A DNA stretch of 64,000 nucleotides. Origin: Pedobacter sp. (GTDB lineage Bacteria; Bacteroidota; Bacteroidia; Sphingobacteriales; Sphingobacteriaceae). Position numbers and translations under genes: made by a program. The stretch spans positions 252,013 to 316,012 of the forward strand of contig OZ252254.1 of the NCBI GenBank assembly GCA_965249885.1, given 5' to 3'. The first letter of the stretch is position 1. Each line of letters starts with the position of its first letter. The notes below the pieces were generated by a model. That model searched no databases, was not told where the DNA came from, and saw only the letters and a list, made by a program, of their open reading frames with translations. Of the stretch, positions 8,429 through 17,389 are shown piece by piece.

Positions 8429-9787
8429 ATGAAAACGAGTGAAGAAGAATTGATACAACATACTAAATCCGTTTTTGAGGATTATAATGATGGTTTTGCC
8501 GACCATGGTTGGGCAGAGCTACGCAAAAAATATCCCGAAAAAGAACGCAAGTTACTTCCAATTTGGTGGCTTACGGGCGTTGCCGCTACGTTGCTAATTG
8601 TGGTGGGTTTATACTTTAATGATACTTTCGAAAAACAACATGTAAAATTAAAAGTACAGCAAGTTAAAGGCAAAACTAGGAAAGATGCTGATGTGACCGC
8701 AGCTAAGCAGGAAGAGGCATATGCCAAGTCGAAGCCACATAAAAATGAGAAAAATACTTTAGGCAGTGATATTCCTGCTTCAAGAAAGAATACGCCTACT
8801 ATCAAAAACAGCATTGCTAGGTCGACTTATTTGGCTAAAAATTCAACTTTAAAGAGCAGCGGCGCTGTGCCAAAAACTATGATTAATAATGCTACCGCTC
8901 AACATATAGATCCGGTGTCGCCAATTAAAAATACCGATGACCAGTCGGGACTTTTAGCTGTTAATTCAACTACGCAAGATTCTGTTGTCATCGAAAAAAG
9001 CAAAGCAGCAATCAATTATACTACAACTGTGCCGCCATCTGAAAAAAAATCAACTGAAGAATTCTTAAAGGATCAGAGCAAGCTTTTAGCGCATAACGAA
9101 AAGAATAAGGATAAAAAAAATCAATCAAAAACTACATTCGAGGTTTTTACTGGCACTTTTTTCAATTATCATGATAACAATGAGGCCAAGCTAAGTGCTG
9201 GATTAGGTTTAAACGCCAATATCGAAGTAGCAAAAAATTTGGTGCTTAGTGTAGGTGCAGGCATTAGCCAAAATAAGGTGAGCTACGAAAACAAAGTTCC
9301 TGCAGAAGTTACACAGTCTATGTTTGCTGCTAGGGACGTTGCTTTGAGCTTGGCACCATCCAACGCTCCTTATTCTGCAACCGCAACTAACGATGTGAAC
9401 TTCAATGGGCGGCTTTTAAGCATTGATTTGCCGATTGCTTTTAAATTTTTTCCTACAAAAAGACAAGATTTTTATATCTCCACCGGGATCAACTCAAGTA
9501 CATATTTATCTCAAAAGTATACCTACAATTATAATCTGAGTAATTTCGGGATACAAAACGGTGCGGCTCAGGCTAAACAACAAACCGAAGAAAGTAACTT
9601 AGGAGGATTCGATTTTGCAAACAATGCCATTATTGCCGTGGGTTTTAATCAAACTTTAGGCAAAAACATTTTAATTTTCGAACCCTATTATAAACCTGCC
9701 TTAAATACAATGGGCAATAAAAACTTGCGGATTAGCTCGGCCGGAATTAACTTGAAATTTAACTTTAACGGCAGCAATAAAAAATGA
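8429..9787 (+). CDS. Anti-sigma-like protein: N-terminal segment, one TM helix, low-complexity linker, C-terminal outer-membrane beta-barrel
   Basis: TM LLPIWWLTGVAATLLIVVGLYF; K/S/T-rich linker; alternating beta-strands near the C-terminus (SAGINLKFNF); directly after the ECF sigma. Confidence 0.7.
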   Translation: MKTSEEELIQHTKSVFEDYNDGFADHGWAELRKKYPEKERKLLPIWWLTGVAATLLIVVGLYFNDTFEKQHVKLKVQQVKGKTRKDADVTAAKQEEAYAKSKPHKNEKNTLGSDIPASRKNTPTIKNSIARSTYLAKNSTLKSSGAVPKTMINNATAQHIDPVSPIKNTDDQSGLLAVNSTTQDSVVIEKSKAAINYTTTVPPSEKKSTEEFLKDQSKLLAHNEKNKDKKNQSKTTFEVFTGTFFNYHDNNEAKLSAGLGLNANIEVAKNLVLSVGAGISQNKVSYENKVPAEVTQSMFAARDVALSLAPSNAPYSATATNDVNFNGRLLSIDLPIAFKFFPTKRQDFYISTGINSSTYLSQKYTYNYNLSNFGIQNGAAQAKQQTEESNLGGFDFANNAIIAVGFNQTLGKNILIFEPYYKPALNTMGNKNLRISSAGINLKFNFNGSNKK

Positions 9788-10191
9788 AAAAATTAACGTT
9801 ATTGATACTTTCTATTGGGCTTTGCGTAATTGTCTCTTGTAGAAAGGAAGATCCGTATAACATAGCTGGAGATTATCAATTAACCGAGGAAGCGCCAATT
9901 ACAGTATCAAAACGGAAAATGCCCGTTAAAATAGGCGTTTTGAATATTATAAGTACCTTATGCCCGCCTAATGCACTTTGTGTTTCGCAGGGTTTTGGAG
10001 CTACTGATGTAGCCTTTAAAACTAACGAAGGACAAATCACAATTAAAGTTTGTACAGGAATGTGCAACCAGCTGCCGACCAAAGAAAAAGTGACACTTAA
10101 CGGTGTAACTTACGAGGTAACCCTAACAGCGGTAAAGCCTCTAGGATCAACAGGAAAATTAAGTGTAATTATCAATTTAAAAAAACTGTAA
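9784..10191 (+). CDS. Hypothetical lipoprotein
   Basis: Lipobox IVSC; CPPNALC and C..GMC cysteine pairs; ATGA overlap with the upstream gene. Confidence 0.7.
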   Translation: MKKLTLLILSIGLCVIVSCRKEDPYNIAGDYQLTEEAPITVSKRKMPVKIGVLNIISTLCPPNALCVSQGFGATDVAFKTNEGQITIKVCTGMCNQLPTKEKVTLNGVTYEVTLTAVKPLGSTGKLSVIINLKKL

Positions 10192-10334
10192 AACTATCTT
10201 TTACTGTTGTTTTTCAATCAATCACAACTATTTGAAATAGTCCTTTTTTTGAAAGGCGAAAACATTAGCAGATTTTATTCGTTACAACTACAGCTATTAA
10301 CGATACTGAATTTGAAATTAGATAAACTAAGCTG

Positions 10335-10628
10335 ATGAGAAAGTTATTTTTCCTTTTTTTAACGTTTTCCTTTATATTCTTTATTTCTTGCTCTAAAGAC
10401 TTTTTGCAAGTTGATGCTGTAGTTGAAAAAAACTGCACTGGTACCTACTTAAAAATTGACAACAAGTACTACTACGTTTGCAATCAATCTATAATATCGT
10501 CATATGCTAGTGGGCAATCAATCAGTGTTTCTTATGAAGTATTAGAAGGCTGTGCCGGATTAAGTACGCCAGCATGCGACCTAAAATTCAATTATGATAG
10601 CATTATTGAAATAAAAGAGATCATTTAG
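10335..10628 (+). CDS. Small hypothetical lipoprotein
   Basis: Lipobox FISC; four further Cys in a 97-aa beta-rich ORF. Confidence 0.7.
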   Translation: MRKLFFLFLTFSFIFFISCSKDFLQVDAVVEKNCTGTYLKIDNKYYYVCNQSIISSYASGQSISVSYEVLEGCAGLSTPACDLKFNYDSIIEIKEII

Positions 10629-10757
10629 TTGAATTTTAAAGACCCACTTTCTTTTTACTTTAAAACTTCGTGAAGTAATCCAAAATTTTTGATACAAAAA
10701 ACCTAAAGTCATTTACTATATGTAAGTTTATAACATCATTAAACTTACATATCAAAA

Positions 10758-13181
10758 ATGAAAAAAGTTATACTCAACTTATTATTCGTGGGTTTTGGAG
10801 GATATGCTTTAGCGCAAGATGCGGTAACCTATCAAACTCCTCCCAAAATAATGGCTGATTTGTTATTAGCTAAGCCAACTCCAGGAGTTAGCATAGATAG
10901 CAAAGCAGAATGGATTTTGTTCAGTGACCGTAACCCTTACCCATCAATCGAGGAGCTGGCAATGCCTGAATATAAGATTGCCGGAATGCGGATTAATCCT
11001 AACAACTATTCTCCTAGCCGACAAACGTACGTAAACAACTTCAGCCTAAAAAACATTAAAACTGGTAAAACTAGCGCAATAACAGGGCTACCAACAGTGC
11101 TTTATGCTGGAAATATGCGTTGGAACCCAAGCGAAACCAAAATTGCATTTACCCAAACTTCGCAGGATAGAGTTGATTTATATGTTATCGATGTTGCAAC
11201 TGCAAAGGCAACAAAAATGAATAAACAGCCTTTAAACGCTATTTTAGGTAGTAGCTTAATGTGGGTTGATGATCAAACACTTATCTATCAGGTAGCAACG
11301 AAACCTGCTACTTCAGCACCGAAACGTCCATTGGCACCTAAAGGGCCAACAGTACAAGAAAACTTAGGCAAAGTTGCACCTAGTGCTACCATCCAAGATT
11401 TAATCAAATCACCTTACGATGAACAGCTTTTTGAGTTTTTTGCTACCTCACAACTTGTACAAAATAAAGGTGGCGTAGAAACGCCTATAGGTGGTCCAGC
11501 CATTTATAGCAGCGTGAGTTTATCTCCAGATAAAAACTATTTGATGGTTCGTACCATTAAAAAACCATTTTCGTACTTAGTTGCAGCTTATGGTTTTCCT
11601 TCTACCGTAAAGATTATTGACAGAGCAGGAAAAACAATTAAAGTATTGGCTGAATTGCCTTCTAGCGAAGTTCGCCCATCTGGATATGACAATGTACAAA
11701 ACGTTCCGCGTGGTTTTGATTGGAGAGATGATGAAGCTGCAACCATTGTTTGGGCCAAACCGTTAGACAGTGGTTTGATTAAAAAAAATGTTGAGTTTCA
11801 TGATGCTGTTTATGAACTGAAAGCACCTTTCACAGGTACAGAAAAAGAGCTATTGAAAACGAAAACTCGTTTTGCTGGAATTAGTTGGGGTAATGCCAAC
11901 TTGGCCTTGGTGAGAGAGATGTCGAGAATTAAACAAACTAGCAAGGTAAGCAAACTCAATCCAAGCACCGGTGCAATGGAAACGCTTTATGAGTTGAATA
12001 CTACCGATGCTTACAACAATCCGGGCAATCCCGTTACCGAGAAAAATAAATTTGGCCGCCAAGTAATTTTGACAACTGATAATGGCACTAAACTGCTATT
12101 GAACAATACCACAGGTGCTTCTCCAAAAGGCGATTTGCCATTTATTGCTAAGTTTGACCTGAACACCAAAAAGAACGAAATTTTATGGCGTTGTCCAGAA
12201 GGAACTTTTGAAGTGGTAACCGATGTATTAGATCCTCAAAAATTAGTGCTTTTAACTCGCAGAGAGAGCAAAACCGAGGTGCCAAATTACTTCGTTAAAA
12301 ATCTAGTGCTACGTGTTGCAGATAAGCAAATCACTAATTTCAGCAATCCATACAGTGCTTTAGAAGGCGTAACAAAACAGAAAATCACCTACAAACGTGC
12401 GGATGGAATTGATTTAACCGGCGATCTGTATCTACCAAAAGGCTACAATAAAGATAAAGACGGTCCGCTTCCTACTTTGATATGGGCTTATCCACGCGAA
12501 TTCAATTCGGCAAGTGATGCTGCTCAAATCAGAGGTTCTGAAAATAAATTTATCACGATTAGCTCAGGCGGCCCGGTGTTTTATGTAACTCAAGGATATG
12601 CTGTGTTAGATAACGCGGAAATGCCTATTGTAGCTAAAGATGGCAAACGCCCGAACGACTCTTTTGTAGAACAATTGAAATTAAATGCTGAAGCGGCCAT
12701 CAACAAACTTAGTGAAATGGGCGTTGGTGATAAAAACAGAATGGCTGTAGGCGGCCACAGTTATGGAGCTTTCATGACCGCAAATTTATTGGCACACACC
12801 AATTTATTTAAAGCAGGTGTTGCTCGTAGCGGCGCTTACAACCGAACGTTAACACCTTTCGGTTTCCAAAACGAAGACCGCACTTACTGGCAAGCACCAC
12901 AACTTTACTATGAAATGAGCCCGTTTAGCTATGCTGATAAAATTAAGACGCCTATATTATTGATCCACGGCGAGATGGATGATAACCAAGGGACGTTCCC
13001 AATCAATAGCGAACGCTTATTTAATGCTATTAAAGGCCACGGAGGTACTACCCGTTTTGTTTACCTACCTTACGAAGCACACGGCTACCGTGCAAAAGAG
13101 AACATTTTGCACATGCTTTGGGAAACCAACAAATGGCTAGATACTTATGTTAAAAACGCCAAACCAATGGCAAGCAAATAA
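10758..13181 (+). CDS. S9 prolyl oligopeptidase family peptidase (glutamyl endopeptidase-like), secreted
   Basis: Signal peptide; GGHSYGA nucleophile; DDNQG Asp and YEAHGY His. Confidence 0.9.
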   Translation: MKKVILNLLFVGFGGYALAQDAVTYQTPPKIMADLLLAKPTPGVSIDSKAEWILFSDRNPYPSIEELAMPEYKIAGMRINPNNYSPSRQTYVNNFSLKNIKTGKTSAITGLPTVLYAGNMRWNPSETKIAFTQTSQDRVDLYVIDVATAKATKMNKQPLNAILGSSLMWVDDQTLIYQVATKPATSAPKRPLAPKGPTVQENLGKVAPSATIQDLIKSPYDEQLFEFFATSQLVQNKGGVETPIGGPAIYSSVSLSPDKNYLMVRTIKKPFSYLVAAYGFPSTVKIIDRAGKTIKVLAELPSSEVRPSGYDNVQNVPRGFDWRDDEAATIVWAKPLDSGLIKKNVEFHDAVYELKAPFTGTEKELLKTKTRFAGISWGNANLALVREMSRIKQTSKVSKLNPSTGAMETLYELNTTDAYNNPGNPVTEKNKFGRQVILTTDNGTKLLLNNTTGASPKGDLPFIAKFDLNTKKNEILWRCPEGTFEVVTDVLDPQKLVLLTRRESKTEVPNYFVKNLVLRVADKQITNFSNPYSALEGVTKQKITYKRADGIDLTGDLYLPKGYNKDKDGPLPTLIWAYPREFNSASDAAQIRGSENKFITISSGGPVFYVTQGYAVLDNAEMPIVAKDGKRPNDSFVEQLKLNAEAAINKLSEMGVGDKNRMAVGGHSYGAFMTANLLAHTNLFKAGVARSGAYNRTLTPFGFQNEDRTYWQAPQLYYEMSPFSYADKIKTPILLIHGEMDDNQGTFPINSERLFNAIKGHGGTTRFVYLPYEAHGYRAKENILHMLWETNKWLDTYVKNAKPMASK

Positions 13182-13188
13182 TTAACTT

Positions 13189-13216
13189 TAAAGGGCAATG
13201 TTTCCATTGCCCTTTA
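13189..13216 (+). terminator. Intrinsic terminator-like hairpin
   Basis: taaagggcaatg-tttc-cattgcccttta, perfect 12-bp stem after the peptidase. Confidence 0.7.
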
Positions 13217-13245
13217 TTATGTGATCTACCTTCTACCCTATTACC

Positions 13246-14070
13246 ATGCTCAAAAAACCAATCGTTTTTATCGCATTACTTCTTTTTACGTGTAGTGCGT
13301 ATGCTCAAAAAAGTAAATTCAGCGTTATCGCTTTTTTTACCGAAAAAAGTGATTTGGCTCATATTTCTTACGTAGAGGAAGCTAACACCTGGTTGCCAAC
13401 TGCCGCTAAGCAATATCATTTTACGTATGATACTACTAGTAACTGGAATAATTTAAACGCCGCTTACCTTGCTAAATATCAAGTAGTTTTGTTTCTTGAT
13501 ACCAGACCTGAAAAAGCCGAGCAACGTATTGCTTTTGAAAATTACATGAAAAACGGAGGTGCTTGGATGGGCTTTCACTTCTCTGCTTTTGCACTCAGCC
13601 CCTCTTCTTTCCCACAAAATTGGGATTGGTACCATAATGAGTTCTTGGGGTCTGGACAATATGCCAGCAACACTTGGCGACCAACATCAGCGGCATTAAG
13701 GATAAATGGTGAACATCCAGTAACTAAAAAGCTTCCAAAAATCTTTACATCGCAACCAAACGAATGGTACCGATGGGAACGAGACTTACGCAAAAATCCT
13801 GATATTGAAATCCTTTTAAGTATAGACAGCACAAGTTTCCCTTTGGGCACTGGACCAAAAGCGCATGAAATTTGGCATAGCGGATTTTATCCAGTGGTAT
13901 GGACAAACAGAAACTACAAAATGGTTTATGTGAACATGGGTCATAATGACATGGATTATGAACACAAATACGGTAAAGCTGTTAATTCACTATCCAAAAC
14001 GTTCGAAAATGACATCCAAAATCAACTGATTATTAATGCGCTGTTGTGGCTAGGTAAGACTAAAAAATAA
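13246..14070 (+). CDS. ThuA-like domain protein (class I glutamine amidotransferase-like fold)
   Basis: Signal peptide; GGAWMGFH, NEWYRW, HPVTKKLP, YVNMGH pattern. Confidence 0.75.
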   Translation: MLKKPIVFIALLLFTCSAYAQKSKFSVIAFFTEKSDLAHISYVEEANTWLPTAAKQYHFTYDTTSNWNNLNAAYLAKYQVVLFLDTRPEKAEQRIAFENYMKNGGAWMGFHFSAFALSPSSFPQNWDWYHNEFLGSGQYASNTWRPTSAALRINGEHPVTKKLPKIFTSQPNEWYRWERDLRKNPDIEILLSIDSTSFPLGTGPKAHEIWHSGFYPVVWTNRNYKMVYVNMGHNDMDYEHKYGKAVNSLSKTFENDIQNQLIINALLWLGKTKK

Positions 14071-14095
14071 CTAGTGCTATAAACGTTGAGAAAAG

Positions 14096-14103
14096 TATAT
14101 TTG
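14096..14103 (+). promoter_or_regulatory. -7 promoter element (TATATTTG)
   Basis: Exact TAnnTTTG 5 nt before the ATG at 14109. Confidence 0.65.
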
Positions 14104-14108
14104 CACCT

Positions 14109-14570
14109 ATGGATAAAATATTTGAAGTAATAAGAGCTAGTCGCAAGGCATTGCTAAGTTTGGTTGAAAATTTAACTACCGAGCAAATGAACAAAATACC
14201 TACAGGCTTTAACAACAATTTAGCTTGGCAAATGGGGCATTTGGTCGTAAGCCAGCAAGTTCTCTGCTACAAATTATCCAATAATGATTTTGTAATTGAT
14301 CCAAGCTTGATCGACAAATATAAAAATGGCTCAAAACCTGAGAGCTTCATTACCGCAGAGGAAATTGATCAAATTAAAGGCTATCTTTTAAGCACCATCG
14401 ATCAGTTGGAGGAAGATTTAGCTGCGCAAAAATTTAACAATTATACGCCTTACACTATCAGCACCTACAAAGGTTACAGGTTAGAAAAAGTGGAAGACGC
14501 TATAAAGTTCATCGTTTCTCATGATGGCTTGCATTATGGCTGTAGTTTAATGATGAAAAAATTCGTTTAA
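14109..14570 (+). CDS. DinB family protein
   Basis: NNNLAWQMGHL and HDGLHYG metal-binding His motifs. Confidence 0.85.
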   Translation: MDKIFEVIRASRKALLSLVENLTTEQMNKIPTGFNNNLAWQMGHLVVSQQVLCYKLSNNDFVIDPSLIDKYKNGSKPESFITAEEIDQIKGYLLSTIDQLEEDLAAQKFNNYTPYTISTYKGYRLEKVEDAIKFIVSHDGLHYGCSLMMKKFV

Positions 14571-14572
14571 CA

Positions 14573-15370
14573 TTGCGATATTTTTTTCACATCGGTTACA
14601 ACGGCCACACTTACGGAGGCTGGCAGCGACATCCGAAAGCAAATAGCGTTCAAGAAATTATTGAGACTAGCTTAAGCGGACTGCTAAAAACTCCAACTGG
14701 TATAGTAGGTTGCGGTCGTACGGATAGTAAGGTGCACGCAAGTCAGTACTTTTTTCATGCGGATATTGACGTACCGCTTCGTGATGATCTTATTTTCATC
14801 CTTAACAAAGTATTGCCGCACAACATCGCCATTTTTGACGTAATACCAATGGACGGCAAACAACATGCTCGTTTTGACGCAGTCCAACGACAATATGATT
14901 ATTTTTGGCATACCTATAAAAATCCATTCTTAGGTCAACTAAGTTCTTTCCATCAAGTGGATAAACTAGACTTGCTCGAAATGAAAAAGGCAGTAGCTTT
15001 ACTGCCAAAATATAAAGATTACAGAGCATTTTGTACTACCCCGGATAAGAATGAACATACGATATGCAACGTGATGGATGCAAAATTATACTGCGCTGCC
15101 AACGAAGAGCATTTTCGCTTCCACATTTCGTCTAATCGCTTCTTAAGCAAGATGATCAGGCTATTGATGGGAAATATATTGCGAATTGGCACACATCAAA
15201 TGAGTGTAGATGAATTTGAACATCATTTGATCTCTAAAGAAATACCGCGAGATTTCCACGCCGCTTCTGGCATTGGTTTATACCTATCAAAAGTAACTTA
15301 CCCTTATCTTAATTTACCTTGCCGAACTGAATTCAACAACTTTGCAAAAAGTAGCTGGATTGAAATTTAA
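14573..15370 (+). CDS. truA: tRNA pseudouridine(38-40) synthase
   Basis: TTG start; YNG..YGGWQ and GCGRTD.KVHA catalytic motif. Confidence 0.9.
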   Translation: MRYFFHIGYNGHTYGGWQRHPKANSVQEIIETSLSGLLKTPTGIVGCGRTDSKVHASQYFFHADIDVPLRDDLIFILNKVLPHNIAIFDVIPMDGKQHARFDAVQRQYDYFWHTYKNPFLGQLSSFHQVDKLDLLEMKKAVALLPKYKDYRAFCTTPDKNEHTICNVMDAKLYCAANEEHFRFHISSNRFLSKMIRLLMGNILRIGTHQMSVDEFEHHLISKEIPRDFHAASGIGLYLSKVTYPYLNLPCRTEFNNFAKSSWIEI

Positions 15371-15453
15371 AGGTCGATTTATAAAAAATGTTAGCTTCTG
15401 AAGAACCTAAAGCCTAGTTCTTTTGTTGATGTATTATACCAAAATCTAACGAA

Positions 15454-15642
15454 ATGAACATCACTGGAACTACAAAAGGAAACGACAAGGACACTGATAA
15501 AGGAAGTAAGCCCGTAAATAGCGTAAAAGACGATATTGAAAAAGGGAAAATTAAACAGGTGAAATCCAAAAATCCGGCCAAGCAACGCGAACAAAGCGAA
15601 CAACCGGTTCACCCCATTAAAAAAGCTCCAAAAGATCAATAA
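15454..15642 (+). CDS. Small hydrophilic hypothetical protein
   Basis: 62-aa K/D-rich ORF ending directly at a terminator hairpin; no family recognised. Confidence 0.4.
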   Translation: MNITGTTKGNDKDTDKGSKPVNSVKDDIEKGKIKQVKSKNPAKQREQSEQPVHPIKKAPKDQ

Positions 15643-15644
15643 AT

Positions 15645-15677
15645 AAAAAGCCTTGAAGATAGATCCAAGGCTTTTTT
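15645..15677. terminator. Bidirectional intrinsic terminator
   Basis: aaaaagccttg...caaggcttttt between the small ORF and the tRNA 3' end. Confidence 0.75.
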
Positions 15678-15678
15678 G

Positions 15679-15750
15679 TGTTCCCGGCGGGAGTCGAACC
15701 CACATCATCAGAACCGGAATCTGACATTCTATCCATTGAACTACGGAAAC
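15679..15750 (-). tRNA. tRNA-Arg(CCG)
   Basis: Acceptor GTTTCCG/CGGGAAC, anticodon arm TCAGA-TTCCGGT-TCTGA, T-loop GGTTCGACTCC; 72 nt, CCA not encoded. Confidence 0.95.
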
Positions 15751-15760
15751 AAAATATCGG

Positions 15761-15790
15761 CAAATATAGTTATTCCTATCGTTTGACAAA
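15761..15790 (-). promoter_or_regulatory. Promoter of tRNA-Arg (TTTG-N18-TATATTTG)
   Basis: -33 TTTG at 15787-15790 and -7 TATATTTG at 15761-15768. Confidence 0.7.
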
Positions 15791-15949
15791 GGCAATAGTT
15801 TAAACTTAGTGGGCTGAGCAGCTAAGCAACAATTAAATAACTATAAAAACTTGATTAAACAGCAGCTAATTTGTGTAAAACACCAAAGTTTTAAAATAAA
15901 AAACGCAACTTTACACGCCCACGAAGTATAACGTACAAAACCGAGGCTT

Positions 15950-17323
15950 ATGGAAGAACTGCAGGTAGAAGAAGTATTAGATTTGTTGGAAAACGAAAAT
16001 GATAGGCAGCTGAAAGCCTACCTCAATGAGCTTAACATTTCGGACGTGGAAGAGCTAATTGATGAACTTCCCCAATATGCAGTTAAATTCATAGAAACCT
16101 TATCGAGCAAACGTGCAGTTAACGTATTTCGAATTCTTGATTTTCCTACTCAAGAACGTATCATTAAAAAGCTGCAAGCAAATAAACTTACTGAAATTAT
16201 TAGGCAACTACCGCCTGATGATAGAACAGCACTTTTTGGGGAATTAAAGGGCGATGCAGTAAAGAAATTACTGGTACTGCTACCCGATAACGATCGTATA
16301 GAGGCTTTGAATTTATTGGGTTACGCAGAAGATAGCGTAGGTAGGATGATGACCCCAGATTTCATTGCGGTAAAAACAGACTGGACAGTTGGCCGGGTAC
16401 TTAATCACATCAGAAGATACGGAAAAAACTCAGAAACCATTGACGTGATTTACGTTATTGACAAAGATGGCGTGCTTTTGGATGACATCAGAATAAGAGA
16501 AATTCTTCTTTCTGACCCCGAGGCAAAAATTGGTGATTTAACAGATAACCGACTGATTTCTTTGAATGTTACCGACCCGCAGGAGGAAGCAATTAACGTT
16601 TTCAAAATGAACAATCGCGTGGCTTTACCTGTAGTTGATGATAAAAATATCCTTTTAGGCATTGTAACCGTAGATGATATTTTGTGGATTGCCCATGAAG
16701 AATACACCGAAGACATGCACAAAATGGGTGGTACGCAAGCACTTGATGAACCTTACCTGGATGTTCCTGTTTTCGAACTTTATAAAAAGCGTGTTGTTTG
16801 GCTAATTGTGCTGTTTTTTGGCGAGCTGCTCACGATCACCGCCATGTCCAACTTCGAAAGTCAAATTGCTAAAGTGGTTATTTTGGCCACCTTTATTCCA
16901 CTGATTATATCTAGTGGAGGAAACAGCGGTTCACAGGCTGCAACGCTAATTATTCAGGCGATGGCACTTGGCGAGGTTACCATTAAAGATTGGTGGAACG
17001 TGATGAGACGAGAAATTTTTTCGGGTATATTTTTGGGTACAACCCTATGTTTGCTGAGTTTCTGCGTAATTGGTGCTTGGCACATTTTAATGCCTGGATT
17101 TAGCGAACATTACGTGCTTATCGGTTTAGTAGTAGGCTGCTCGTTAATTGGAGTGGTATTGTGGGGCACACTAATGGGCTCTATGCTACCTTTGTTACTT
17201 AAGCGCTTAGGTGCTGACCCGGCCGCTTCATCTACGCCCTTTGTTGCAACCCTTGTAGATGTAACTGGACTCATCATTTATTTCTCTTTTGCATTGCTAT
17301 TTTTGAGAGGCGTGCTATTGTAA
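15950..17323 (+). CDS. mgtE: Magnesium transporter MgtE
   Basis: MgtE_N, CBS pair (GRMMT, GIVTVDD), TM domain with GGNSGSQ and DPAASS.PFVATLVD. Confidence 0.95.
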   Translation: MEELQVEEVLDLLENENDRQLKAYLNELNISDVEELIDELPQYAVKFIETLSSKRAVNVFRILDFPTQERIIKKLQANKLTEIIRQLPPDDRTALFGELKGDAVKKLLVLLPDNDRIEALNLLGYAEDSVGRMMTPDFIAVKTDWTVGRVLNHIRRYGKNSETIDVIYVIDKDGVLLDDIRIREILLSDPEAKIGDLTDNRLISLNVTDPQEEAINVFKMNNRVALPVVDDKNILLGIVTVDDILWIAHEEYTEDMHKMGGTQALDEPYLDVPVFELYKKRVVWLIVLFFGELLTITAMSNFESQIAKVVILATFIPLIISSGGNSGSQAATLIIQAMALGEVTIKDWWNVMRREIFSGIFLGTTLCLLSFCVIGAWHILMPGFSEHYVLIGLVVGCSLIGVVLWGTLMGSMLPLLLKRLGADPAASSTPFVATLVDVTGLIIYFSFALLFLRGVLL

Positions 17324-17340
17324 TTTTCTAACGTTAAAAT

Positions 17341-17368
17341 AAAAAAGGCCAGTATTGCTACTGACCTC
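17341..17368 (-). terminator. Terminator-like hairpin between convergent genes
   Basis: aggccagta-ttgc-tactgacct preceded by an A6 run (U tail on the minus strand). Confidence 0.6.
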
Positions 17369-17389
17369 CGATATTGCGCTAATTATTAA

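Noticed and set aside
15600-15760. Integrative element at tRNA-Arg
   Set aside because: No integrase and no duplicated tRNA 3' end seen in the window.
15391-15795. 134-aa minus-strand ORF
   Set aside because: It reads through the tRNA-Arg gene and its terminator; shadow ORF.
15790-15949. Mg-sensing riboswitch or leader peptide before mgtE
   Set aside because: The leader is short and AT-rich, with no M-box-like structure or Pro-rich mini-ORF recognisable.
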